Shown piece after piece: positions 36,371 through 45,162 of a stretch of 64,000 nt of DNA (position 1 is the first letter of the stretch; each line of letters starts with the position of its first letter). A program made the translations under genes and the position numbers. The stretch spans positions 187,966-251,965 of the forward strand of contig PBBA01000006.1 of NCBI GenBank assembly GCA_002716405.1, written 5' to 3'. Under the pieces are notes generated by a model. That model was not told the DNA's origin, did no database searches, and was given only the letters and a program-made list of their open reading frames with translations. This DNA comes from Chloroflexota bacterium. Its GTDB lineage: Bacteria; Chloroflexota; Dehalococcoidia; UBA2979.

Positions 36371-37432
36371 ATGATGAATCGTATACAAATTGTAGGTGCA
36401 ACTGGTTATGGTGGTTTGGGCATCCTTGAGTTGCTCTTAAATCACCCAAATTTTGAAGTTTCATCGATTGTGGCACGTGATGAAGCTGGAACAAGAATTG
36501 ATTTAGTTTATCCTCACCTTGCAGGAAGAACAGAATTAGTAATTAATAGTCCTTCCAATGATCTAATTGGTTCTGATTGTGATGCTGTAGTTTTCTCCAC
36601 ACCTGACGGAGTTTCACAACAATATGCATCGAATCTAGTAACTTTAGGCAGAAAATTTATTGATTATTCCGGTGATTTCCGTTTTAGAGATACAGATGAC
36701 TATGCAAAATATGCAGAACGCCATCCGAGCATCAAGGAAAATAGCCATAAAGCTGAACAATTATTAAACCGAGCAGCATATGGGGTTTCCGAGCTTAATA
36801 AAACCAATATTGCTCAATCAGAGATCGTAGGAAATCCCGGGTGTTTTGCCATAGGAATTATTTTAGGTCTTGCGCCTATTTTTAACGAAGACCTAGTTGA
36901 AGATGGGATTGTAACAGTGGATGGACTGACAGGATCATCTGGTGCAGGTAAAAAACCAGCACCCTTACAACACTTAAGTCATCTAAATGATAATGTCATA
37001 CCTTACAGGCTTCTCAATCACCAACATGTCATTGAATCTGAATTTACACTCGGCCGTTTAGGAAACGCACAAGGAGCAACAATTGATTTCATCCCACACC
37101 TTTTAGGGACCACTAGAGGAATACTTAGCACAATGCATATGCGCTTAACAAAGAGTATTGATCGAGAAAACATACTTAATATGTATCGTGAATTTTATAA
37201 AGAAGATACATTTGTGCGAATTCTAGATACTGCCCCAACGCTAAAAAATGTTTTAGGCTCAAATTATTGTGATATTAGTGTCTTTGTTTCTGAAGATATG
37301 AATCGATTAGTAGTAATATCTTCAATCGACAACCTAATGAAAGGACAGAGTGGATCAGCAATGCAGAATCTCAATATCATGTTCGGATTAGAACAGAATG
37401 CTGGTTTAGATAAGACACCAATGTATCCATAA
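36371..37432 (+). CDS. argC: N-acetyl-gamma-glutamyl-phosphate reductase
   Basis: N-terminal IVGATGYGG and active-site VGNPGCFAIG. Confidence 0.85.
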   Translation: MMNRIQIVGATGYGGLGILELLLNHPNFEVSSIVARDEAGTRIDLVYPHLAGRTELVINSPSNDLIGSDCDAVVFSTPDGVSQQYASNLVTLGRKFIDYSGDFRFRDTDDYAKYAERHPSIKENSHKAEQLLNRAAYGVSELNKTNIAQSEIVGNPGCFAIGIILGLAPIFNEDLVEDGIVTVDGLTGSSGAGKKPAPLQHLSHLNDNVIPYRLLNHQHVIESEFTLGRLGNAQGATIDFIPHLLGTTRGILSTMHMRLTKSIDRENILNMYREFYKEDTFVRILDTAPTLKNVLGSNYCDISVFVSEDMNRLVVISSIDNLMKGQSGSAMQNLNIMFGLEQNAGLDKTPMYP

Positions 37433-37446
37433 ATTACCCAATATCA

Positions 37447-37467
37447 GTCAAAATTTATTATTTTGAC
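37447..37467. terminator. possible bidirectional hairpin between convergent argC and the mscS-like gene
   Basis: Perfect 8-bp inverted repeat GTCAAAAT-ttatt-ATTTTGAC. It is AT-rich and overlaps the MscS stop codon, so support is weak. Confidence 0.3.
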
Positions 37468-38549
37468 AACAATCGATCAAGGCCTTCAACATCCTCATTA
37501 GCAAGCATAAGCCTCCGTGCAGGATAATTTATAACTATTCCTTCACTAGTTAAACGTCTGTGAATATGTTTCATCATTTCATGCTTTAAGGTGAAAGAGT
37601 CTGCCCATGTAACGGCTCGCATTTTTACAAAAAAATTAATGTTCGAGTCACCAAATTCTGAATATCGAAATAAGGGCTTCCTTGCAGTATCAACATAATC
37701 ATACTCTAAAAGTTTATTCATTTCTTCAACAACTATTGACTCTACTCGATCAAGATCTTCTTCGTAAGCAATGCCACAGTCAACTCGAGCATCCGCTCGG
37801 GCATCTGCAGAATCAAAGTTAGTAATAATTGAATCTGCCACTGCAGCATTAGGCACCATAACAATATTATTATCAAAGGTACGAATTCGAGTAGCACGCC
37901 ATCCTATATCCTCTACTACACCTAAAGGACCACCAGAAACTTCGACAAAATCCCCAACTGCTATAGATGAATCAGTAATCACGTAAGAACTTGCAAAGAT
38001 ATTGCTGAGTAATGGTTGCAAAGCTAGCGCAACAGCTAATCCACCTAGACCTAAACCAGCTAACAACGGACTAATCGACACTCCTATGACATCTAAAACC
38101 AGTAGAGCACCTATGGTAATAATCACTACATTAATAATCCGTTTTAAAAACGGCATCGATCTAGGATCGAATCCTGGTAACCCTGAGACTTCTCCATTTC
38201 TAGATATCCAATCCAGTAGTCCAAGAACAATACGGCGTGAAGCACTAACTATGAAAAACAATATGAAAGCAACCCAAATTTTTTCAATTGTTCTAAGATA
38301 AGGATCCATATATGACAAAATATTGAGACCTGCGTATATGCTAGAAATTGCAATCGACAAAATTAACGGACCTTTTATCGCCTCTGCAAGAAAGTCGTCA
38401 ATTTCTGTTTGAGTAGTTTTCGTAATTAGATGCATGATTCTTCGAGCTTGAGTTGCTAGAGCCCATGAAATTAGTAACCCAATAGTAACCACCAATAATG
38501 CAATTAAAATTTCTTCGATATCAGTCTGGTTCACATTAGCCTCACTCAC
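37458..38549 (-). CDS. mechanosensitive ion channel (MscS family)
   Basis: N-terminal TM helices followed by the MscS beta-domain GDFVEVSGGPLGVVEDIGWRATRIRTFDNNIVMVPN. Confidence 0.8.
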   Translation of the reverse strand: MSEANVNQTDIEEILIALLVVTIGLLISWALATQARRIMHLITKTTQTEIDDFLAEAIKGPLILSIAISSIYAGLNILSYMDPYLRTIEKIWVAFILFFIVSASRRIVLGLLDWISRNGEVSGLPGFDPRSMPFLKRIINVVIITIGALLVLDVIGVSISPLLAGLGLGGLAVALALQPLLSNIFASSYVITDSSIAVGDFVEVSGGPLGVVEDIGWRATRIRTFDNNIVMVPNAAVADSIITNFDSADARADARVDCGIAYEEDLDRVESIVVEEMNKLLEYDYVDTARKPLFRYSEFGDSNINFFVKMRAVTWADSFTLKHEMMKHIHRRLTSEGIVINYPARRLMLANEDVEGLDRLLSK

Positions 38550-38616
38550 AACTACATAGTTTGAAACGCAAAATCTATCTTAACGTATATACATATAATA
38601 ATCGTATTTCACATAT

Positions 38617-39216
38617 CTAGAACAAATTTAGAAAAGAAGAAAATTCTTCAGGTGTATTTATATTCTTGAATGATTGGCCATTTGGATCCACCTCTTGCCA
38701 TTCTTCCTCTTTCAGCCTATAAGCATTTAAATCTCCTGATAATGCCATAGGTGCTCTTACTCCTTCTAGAATTTTTGCATTAATAATAGAAAGACTATTA
38801 GTTAATAAAGCTGAACATAATGGCTGTGGTCGTCCTTCTGCAATTGGAACAACCCATTGATGATTATTGTCTACTTTTTCTATAAGTAATTCTAATAATT
38901 CTGATCGTATCAATGGCATATCAACTGCGGTAACAATTGAAGTTGGAGCTCGAGACAATTCTAATCCTGCAGCAATTCCCACTAGGGGTCCCTCATCTAA
39001 TAGTCTATCTTCTCCAAAAACCAGAGGAATATCTGATTCAATTTCTGGAATAGCTCGATTAGGAGCATTAACAACAACTATTTCATCAACTACACCTGAA
39101 ATAGCTGTTACGCAATATTGTAAAAGTGTTGATCCATTCACAGGTAATAATGCTTTATTAGATCCCATGCGGGTAGATCGACCACCAATTAAAATAATGC
39201 CTGTTACATCCAACAT
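38617..39216 (-). CDS. mobA: molybdenum cofactor nucleotidyltransferase (MobA/MocA family)
   Basis: IILIGGRSTRMGSNKALL at the N-terminus and FKNINTPEEF at the C-terminus. Guanylyl versus cytidylyl specificity cannot be decided by eye. Confidence 0.75.
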   Translation of the reverse strand: MLDVTGIILIGGRSTRMGSNKALLPVNGSTLLQYCVTAISGVVDEIVVVNAPNRAIPEIESDIPLVFGEDRLLDEGPLVGIAAGLELSRAPTSIVTAVDMPLIRSELLELLIEKVDNNHQWVVPIAEGRPQPLCSALLTNSLSIINAKILEGVRAPMALSGDLNAYRLKEEEWQEVDPNGQSFKNINTPEEFSSFLNLF

Positions 39217-39253
39217 CTTGCAATCATACCAACATAAAGGAGATTATAAGATA

Positions 39254-40021
39254 ATGATCAAACAAACAGCTCTTTGGAAGGCTTTACATCTAGATGATTA
39301 TAATCCACCAATTATCGCCATCGTTGGTGCAGGTGGAAAAACTTCTCTACTTTATCGTTTAGGAGAAGAAGCCATAGCAATGAATCACAGTGCATTGTTA
39401 TCCGGCACCACATTATTTACACTTCCAAAAAAAGAAATTCAAAATCAGAAAACATTAGAAGAAACCAACGAAAATCTGTTAAATATTCTGACAAAAGAAG
39501 TATTCAATTCTCAAGTTGTTATCGCAAAAACAGGTACTGCACCTAAAAAACGTCAACGACCCATTTCAGTTGAACTGATAGATAAAATAGCTAAAGATTC
39601 TCAATTTAGATTAATAGCTCTTGAGTCTGATGGTAGCAAAATGAGGCCTTTTAAAGCGCCTGCCGTTCATGAACCTGTAATTCCTAAAAGTGCAACACAT
39701 GTTATTTACGTAATAGGACTAAGTGCTGTGGACAAACCATTAAGTGAAGATTATGTTCATCGTTCTGAATTAGTAAGAAAGATTGCAGGACCAGCAACAC
39801 ATTGCACTATCGAAGTAATATCAAAAATAGCCACAAGCTTACAGGGTGGGAAAAAAGGAGTGAACAATCGTGATTTTACAATTCTAATTAATCAGTCAGA
39901 GCTAAACCCATCTTTAGCTACAGAATTAGCAAAAACTATATTCGAAAAAGGTAATTCGCGAGTGATTGTTGCATCTTTAAGAAATATCCATCATCCAATT
40001 TTGGAAATCTATCAAACTTAA
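39254..40021 (+). CDS. yqeC: YqeC-type putative selenium-dependent hydroxylase accessory protein
   Basis: The ATG at 39254 follows AAGGAG. P-loop IIAIVGAGGKTSLLYRLG and LESDGSKMRPFKAPAVHEPVIP match my recollection of the YqeC (TIGR03172) family. The 5' part of track ORF 38867.. is antisense to mobA. Confidence 0.65.
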   Translation: MIKQTALWKALHLDDYNPPIIAIVGAGGKTSLLYRLGEEAIAMNHSALLSGTTLFTLPKKEIQNQKTLEETNENLLNILTKEVFNSQVVIAKTGTAPKKRQRPISVELIDKIAKDSQFRLIALESDGSKMRPFKAPAVHEPVIPKSATHVIYVIGLSAVDKPLSEDYVHRSELVRKIAGPATHCTIEVISKIATSLQGGKKGVNNRDFTILINQSELNPSLATELAKTIFEKGNSRVIVASLRNIHHPILEIYQT

Positions 40022-40068
40022 CTACCCATGCATACTATTTTCACGATACGATCAAAATGGAGGACCAC

Positions 40069-41322
40069 ATGACTGTCTATTTAATTATTTTAGTACTCCT
40101 ACTTGTGTTGTCTGCTTTTTTTTCTAGCGCTGAAACAGCATTTCTATCTCTAGATAGAGTGCGTTTAGAGCATTTTGTACGTGAATCTATTCCAGGGGCA
40201 CGTCGAGTTTCGATGCTCCTCGAACGCCCGCAACGATTATTAAGTGCAATCTTAATAGGTAACAATCTGGTTAACACTGCAGTTGCAGCGGTTGGTACCG
40301 TTTTGGTAACAAAACTAATGCCGGGTGGTCAAGGGGAAACTATTCTAATTGCTACAGTTATAATGACTATCCTTCTAGTGATATTAGGAGAAGTAGTGCC
40401 AAAAACATTAGCAATTACACATTCATTCGCAATAAGTAGAATTTATGCTCCTATTTTATCTTTATGGTCCTCCATCACTAGACCAATAGTTGCCTTGCTA
40501 GATGTATTGACAATTTTATTAGTAAAAACAACAGGTGGAGAAGAAATCACTACAAATCCTGCCCTAAGCATGCCCGAACTGAGAACAGCTATAAGATTGG
40601 GTGCCGAAACTGGTTCTCTTGAAACTGAGGCTTCAGAGCGTATGTTGGGAGCGCTGACATTACAGCAGCGTCAAGTACAAGAAATTATGGTATCGCGGAT
40701 GGACATGATTGCAATTGAAGAACATCAACCACTTCTAGAAGTATCTCACTTATTCAGTACCGCAGGATTCCAGCGCCTACCTGTTTATGCAAATAGTCCA
40801 GATGAAGTCATAGGTTACGTACATGTAAGTGATGTTAATGCGGCTCACTTAGAAGGTTTAAATAATCGCAATGCAGGAGATATTATGCGAACTGTACTTT
40901 TCGAATCGGAACTGGCACCAATAGCCAATGTACTTGATCTGATGAGAACACATGGCAGTTATCTCGTAATGCTAGTTGATGAATTTGGTAGTACGTCAGG
41001 ATTAGTAACATTAGAAGACATTATGGAGGAAGTTGTTGGACATATGCGGAGTGAAAGCGGCGCTGAAATATCTAGAGTCACAGAAGAGAAAAAAACCGGC
41101 CGTTTTTTCGTGGATGGTAATACATTATTAGTAGATCTTTCAGCAGAATTATCTGTAGATTTTACAAATGTCGATGCAAATACTGTTGCAGGACTATTAC
41201 TCTACCATCTAAGACGTTTCCCAAAGATTGAAGAGTCAATTGAAATTCAAGGCTACCAATTTACAGTGTTAGAAATGGACGGAAGAAGAATCGCAAGAGT
41301 GTCAATTAGCGAAAAAAAATAG
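40069..41322 (+). CDS. CNNM/HlyC-CorC family transporter (DUF21-CBS-CorC_HlyC)
   Basis: N-terminal TM DUF21 region, a CBS pair and a C-terminal CorC_HlyC-like segment (YQFTVLEMDGRRIARV). The ATG at 40069 follows GGAGGA. Confidence 0.8.
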   Translation: MTVYLIILVLLLVLSAFFSSAETAFLSLDRVRLEHFVRESIPGARRVSMLLERPQRLLSAILIGNNLVNTAVAAVGTVLVTKLMPGGQGETILIATVIMTILLVILGEVVPKTLAITHSFAISRIYAPILSLWSSITRPIVALLDVLTILLVKTTGGEEITTNPALSMPELRTAIRLGAETGSLETEASERMLGALTLQQRQVQEIMVSRMDMIAIEEHQPLLEVSHLFSTAGFQRLPVYANSPDEVIGYVHVSDVNAAHLEGLNNRNAGDIMRTVLFESELAPIANVLDLMRTHGSYLVMLVDEFGSTSGLVTLEDIMEEVVGHMRSESGAEISRVTEEKKTGRFFVDGNTLLVDLSAELSVDFTNVDANTVAGLLLYHLRRFPKIEESIEIQGYQFTVLEMDGRRIARVSISEKK

Positions 41323-41335
41323 GAGGTTATGGGTG

Positions 41336-41824
41336 CTACTCATTGCTCTTTCTATATTCATGTTCCAATAACCAAATTTTACGTTCCATACCACTTCCAA
41401 ACCCAGTCAGTGATCCATTAGCACCTATTACACGATGACAGGGCAAAACGATTGATATAGGATTTTTATTTAAAGCGCCTCCAACTGCACGAGATGCACG
41501 TGGAAATCCAATCTGTGAAGCAATAGAACCATAAGTGGTGGTTCTACCGAAAGGAATAGTTTGTAGAGCGAACCAAACTTTCAATTGAAACTCTGTCCCA
41601 GATAAATCGAATGGAATGGTAAATTTCTCCATATTTCCACTAAAATATTCTTTCAATTGATAAACTGTAGAATTTAAAATACTTTCAGAGGAAGAATTGG
41701 CGGGAGTGTTGATAGTCTTTTTATCAAATTGATTATCAAAAAACTTAATCTTTTGTACCCCAATAGCAGAAACTTGTATAAAAATATCTCCGATTTCTGT
41801 ATTTATGAGTTTACGTGTAGACAT
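41336..41824 (-). CDS. ogt: methylated-DNA--protein-cysteine methyltransferase
   Basis: Active-site IVLPCHRVIG (PCHR motif). Confidence 0.85.
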   Translation of the reverse strand: MSTRKLINTEIGDIFIQVSAIGVQKIKFFDNQFDKKTINTPANSSSESILNSTVYQLKEYFSGNMEKFTIPFDLSGTEFQLKVWFALQTIPFGRTTTYGSIASQIGFPRASRAVGGALNKNPISIVLPCHRVIGANGSLTGFGSGMERKIWLLEHEYRKSNE

Positions 41825-41911
41825 CAGTCATCTCCCAATATATAAATCAATACAAGTCACTTTGTAATGTACCAAATCAAATATCGTGACGTTAGAAAAT
41901 CTGGAGGAAAG

Positions 41912-42667
41912 ATGCGCGCAAATCCTGTACTTGAAAAATGGAGAAATGGTGAAAAAACAATTGGTGCATGGCTTTCGTCTGATTCTTCCTATGTAGCAGA
42001 AACCATGGGACATGTTGGATTTGACTGGCTATGTATAGATCAGCAACATGGTATCAGTGATTATGCTTCTACGTTCCAAATGCTTCAAGCAATTTCAACA
42101 ACTAATACAACACCTTTTGTCCGAGTCGCGTGGAATGACTCAGCCACAATTATGCGTGCTCTAGATGCGGGTGCCTATGGGATTGTCATCCCTCTAGTGA
42201 ATAATGCAGAGGAAGCCAAAAAAGCAGTATGGGCATGTCGTTATCCACCTGATGGAGGAAGATCTTCAGGGCCGAACCGAGCGATACTCTATGGTGGCAG
42301 TGATTATCAAGCAGAAGCTAATAAAGAAATTGCCTGTATTGTAATGATTGAAACAGCTGAAGCAATTGAAAACATCGATTCTATATTATCTGTAGAAGGA
42401 ATAGATGCGGCTTATATTGGTCCCTCCGATCTAGCATATGCTTTAGAAATGACTCCCACAGGAGATAATAATAATCCTGATCACGTTAAAACTGTTGAAG
42501 CTATCTTTGATGCTTGCATTCGTCATGGAGTAGCACCGGGGATACATACTGGTAGTGTTGAATACACATCACGTTGGCTATCACATGGGTTCCAAATGGT
42601 TAATCTTGGAACAGATATTCAGTTCCTTCGTTCACGTGCGTCTGATTCTCTAAGCCAAGTCAAATAA
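41912..42667 (+). CDS. HpcH/HpaI-family aldolase
   Basis: GFDWLCIDQQHG and IETAEAIENIDSI segments. The ATG at 41912 follows GGAGGAAAG. Confidence 0.75.
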   Translation: MRANPVLEKWRNGEKTIGAWLSSDSSYVAETMGHVGFDWLCIDQQHGISDYASTFQMLQAISTTNTTPFVRVAWNDSATIMRALDAGAYGIVIPLVNNAEEAKKAVWACRYPPDGGRSSGPNRAILYGGSDYQAEANKEIACIVMIETAEAIENIDSILSVEGIDAAYIGPSDLAYALEMTPTGDNNNPDHVKTVEAIFDACIRHGVAPGIHTGSVEYTSRWLSHGFQMVNLGTDIQFLRSRASDSLSQVK

Positions 42668-42674
42668 AGGATCA

Positions 42675-43562
42675 TCAGACTACTATCAACTCATCAATCG
42701 CACCTCTTTGACCGCCTTTAGCGTTGATAGATCTTCGAGCGGGAGTGCGGTTAATTGTGTACTTTGATCCTTCATATAAACCTACTATCCATTCATGCGG
42801 TGAGTTCGATAACATCATTGCCACATTATTTTCACGTAATCGGTCTATCGACCACTTAAGTCTCAGATGTTCCACACGACCAAAAGAACCTTTTGTGTAT
42901 GAAGTAAAACTAGATGTAGATGAAAGTGGGAAAAAAGGTGGATCAAAATACACAAAATCACCTTTTTTAGCTTTTTTATAACTATCTTCAAAATCTCCAC
43001 AAATCAATTCAGTATTTTGTAAGGCATGTGATGCAAGTGTCAGCAGTTCAACATCGAGTATTTTTGGATTTTTATAACGACCATGAGGAACATTAAATTC
43101 ACCTTTTTGATTGACTCTATACAAACCGTTAAAACAAGTTTTATTAAGAAATAAAAGTCGAGCAGCTTTCTCTACTCGACCATCTGGGACAGAAGAACGA
43201 ACTTTATAAAAAAAATTTTTCCTTTGTTCCGTATTTCCTGCTAAATATTTCGTTGCAATGGGAGTTAGATAATTAATAAGGTCATCTAATTCATCTCGAA
43301 CAATTCGATATGTTTCAATAAGTTCACAATTAAAATCATTAAGTACTACGTTTTTAATTTTAAATTCTGGATTTGAAATCAAAGAGAAAAAAACAGCACC
43401 ACCACCCACAAATGGCTCGTAGTATGTATTTACTTTTTGAGGGATTTTTTCTAATAAAACATTAAGTAACTGTGTTTTACCACCTGCCCATTTCACAAAT
43501 GGTTTAGGAGTTTGAGTTACTTCATCTGAAAGTTTTACCGAATTTTTTTTTCTAATCACCAT
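42675..43562 (-). CDS. dam: DNA adenine methyltransferase (Dam-like, N6-adenine)
   Basis: FVKWAGGKTQLL (SAM-binding motif I region) and FVYFDPPF (motif IV, DPPF). Confidence 0.8.
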   Translation of the reverse strand: MVIRKKNSVKLSDEVTQTPKPFVKWAGGKTQLLNVLLEKIPQKVNTYYEPFVGGGAVFFSLISNPEFKIKNVVLNDFNCELIETYRIVRDELDDLINYLTPIATKYLAGNTEQRKNFFYKVRSSVPDGRVEKAARLLFLNKTCFNGLYRVNQKGEFNVPHGRYKNPKILDVELLTLASHALQNTELICGDFEDSYKKAKKGDFVYFDPPFFPLSSTSSFTSYTKGSFGRVEHLRLKWSIDRLRENNVAMMLSNSPHEWIVGLYEGSKYTINRTPARRSINAKGGQRGAIDELIVV

Positions 43563-43666
43563 TGTGTAAATTCACCATCGTTAATCTACAGCAATATTAC
43601 GGCCTAAAATAGTAATTTCAGTATCATTTGAATTTAAATTTTCTAATAATGTGTCTCCTACCCGAC

Positions 43667-43732
43667 ACATTTACGCAACATAATCATCACATTTACGCAA
43701 CATAATCATCACATTTACGCAACACAATCATG
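43667..43732. repeat. three tandem 22-bp direct repeats in the dam/amt divergent intergenic region
   Basis: ACATTTACGCAACATAATCATC occurs identically twice, then ACATTTACGCAACACAATCATG. ACAT recurs every 11 bp in 5 of 6 positions. The array ends 42 nt before the amt ATG. Confidence 0.9.
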
Positions 43733-43774
43733 ATTTATTAGTATCTGGTAAAACAGACCATATTTACTTGGTTG

Positions 43775-45013
43775 ATGGAAGGAAGTGAAATTTTGGATAG
43801 TGGCACTACTGCGTGGATACTTGTTAGTTCTGCGCTTGTATTATTTATGACACCAGGGCTAGCTTTTTTTTACGGAGGCATGGTCAGAAGTAAAAATATT
43901 TTAGCGATGTTAATGAAAAATTATATTGCCATGGGGGTAGTCACAATTACTTGGGTAGTTGTTGGATGTTCCTTAGCTTTTAGTAGTGGAAATATAACCC
44001 TAGGAGATTGGGGGCTTTTTGGAGATCTTGACCTTTTGGGGTTAACAACGCTAGATCTCACTAATAATTATTTTGGTAATGATGTACCTGATCTACTTCA
44101 TGTAACTTTCCAATTAATGTTCGCAATAATTACTCCTGCACTAATTGCTGGTGCCATCGCAGAAAGAATGAAATTCTCTGCTTGGGTGGTTTTTGTTGCA
44201 ATATGGTCTATCTGTGTATACGCACCTATGGCGCACTGGGTCTGGGGTGGTGGATTTATTGCAAGTCAAATCGAAGCTATTGACTTTGCTGGTGGTCTTG
44301 TTGTTCACATAAATGCCGGTGCCGCAACATTAGCATTGGTTATTGTACTCGGTCCACGAGTTGGATTAGGAAGAGAAAAATTCAAGGAGAATTCTCTTCC
44401 TCTAACTATACTTGGGGCAGGAATACTTTGGTTTGGGTGGTTTGGATTCAATGCTGGATCAGCATATGCAGCAGATGGAGCTGCAGCTAATGCATTTATA
44501 ACTACGCAAATTGCTGCTGCTATTGCAGCAACTACTTGGATACTCATAGAAATTGCTCGAAATGGTAAACCAACTAGTCTTGGTTTTGCTTGCGGAGCAG
44601 TTGCTGGATTAGTGGCAATCACTCCTGCTGCAGGCTTTGTAAACCCTTTAGGAGCGATAATCATTGGTATTGCTGCAGGAGCAATTTGCCTTGCTGCACT
44701 CCAATTAAAAGAAAGATTCAACTTCGATGATTCACTTGATGTTGTAGCTGTTCATTTGGTTGGAGGAATTGTAGGAGCTTTATTACTTGGCTTGCTAGCC
44801 GATGAAGCTGTTGGTGGAGTAGCTGGAAGTGCTACTCAGTTTATTAACCAATTACTTTCAGTAATAATTGCTATCGCATTTTCATTTGTTGCTACTTATA
44901 TTATTGCAGTAGTACTAGATAAAGTTATCAGGCTACGAGTAACTGATTCTGAAGAGAATCAAGGGTTAGACGTTTCTTTACATGGAGAACAAGCCTACGC
45001 AATAGATAATTAA
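43775..45013 (+). CDS. amt: ammonium transporter
   Basis: Polytopic ORF with IDFAGGLVVHINAGAA and WFGWFGFNAGSA signatures. Confidence 0.9.
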   Translation: MEGSEILDSGTTAWILVSSALVLFMTPGLAFFYGGMVRSKNILAMLMKNYIAMGVVTITWVVVGCSLAFSSGNITLGDWGLFGDLDLLGLTTLDLTNNYFGNDVPDLLHVTFQLMFAIITPALIAGAIAERMKFSAWVVFVAIWSICVYAPMAHWVWGGGFIASQIEAIDFAGGLVVHINAGAATLALVIVLGPRVGLGREKFKENSLPLTILGAGILWFGWFGFNAGSAYAADGAAANAFITTQIAAAIAATTWILIEIARNGKPTSLGFACGAVAGLVAITPAAGFVNPLGAIIIGIAAGAICLAALQLKERFNFDDSLDVVAVHLVGGIVGALLLGLLADEAVGGVAGSATQFINQLLSVIIAIAFSFVATYIIAVVLDKVIRLRVTDSEENQGLDVSLHGEQAYAIDN

Positions 45014-45035
45014 TAAATATAAAGTTTTATAAACA

Positions 45036-45080
45036 AAAGCCCTGAGTATTAGAATAAAATCGATGCTCAGGGCTTTATAT
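45036..45080 (+). terminator. hairpin terminator downstream of amt
   Basis: 11-bp perfect stem AAAGCCCTGAG / CTCAGGGCTTT with a 19-nt loop, followed by a T/A-rich tail, 23 nt after the amt stop. Confidence 0.5.
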
Positions 45081-45162
45081 ATAACTACCTAATAATTTTG
45101 TATTGACCATACTAGTCATATCCACATAATGCGATCAGGGATTTAATTTGGAAGGATTAATT

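Noticed and set aside
38867-39253. The long N-terminal extension of the yqeC ORF (track ORF 38867..40021).
   Set aside because: The first 129 codons are antisense to mobA and Ser/Thr/Asn-rich. The YqeC-like sequence starts at the ATG at 39254, which has an AAGGAG SD.
43667-43732. The 22-bp repeat array as a CRISPR array or IS terminal repeats.
   Set aside because: The units are directly abutting with no spacers, there are only three copies, and no cas or transposase genes are nearby. I report it as a candidate operator or minisatellite instead.
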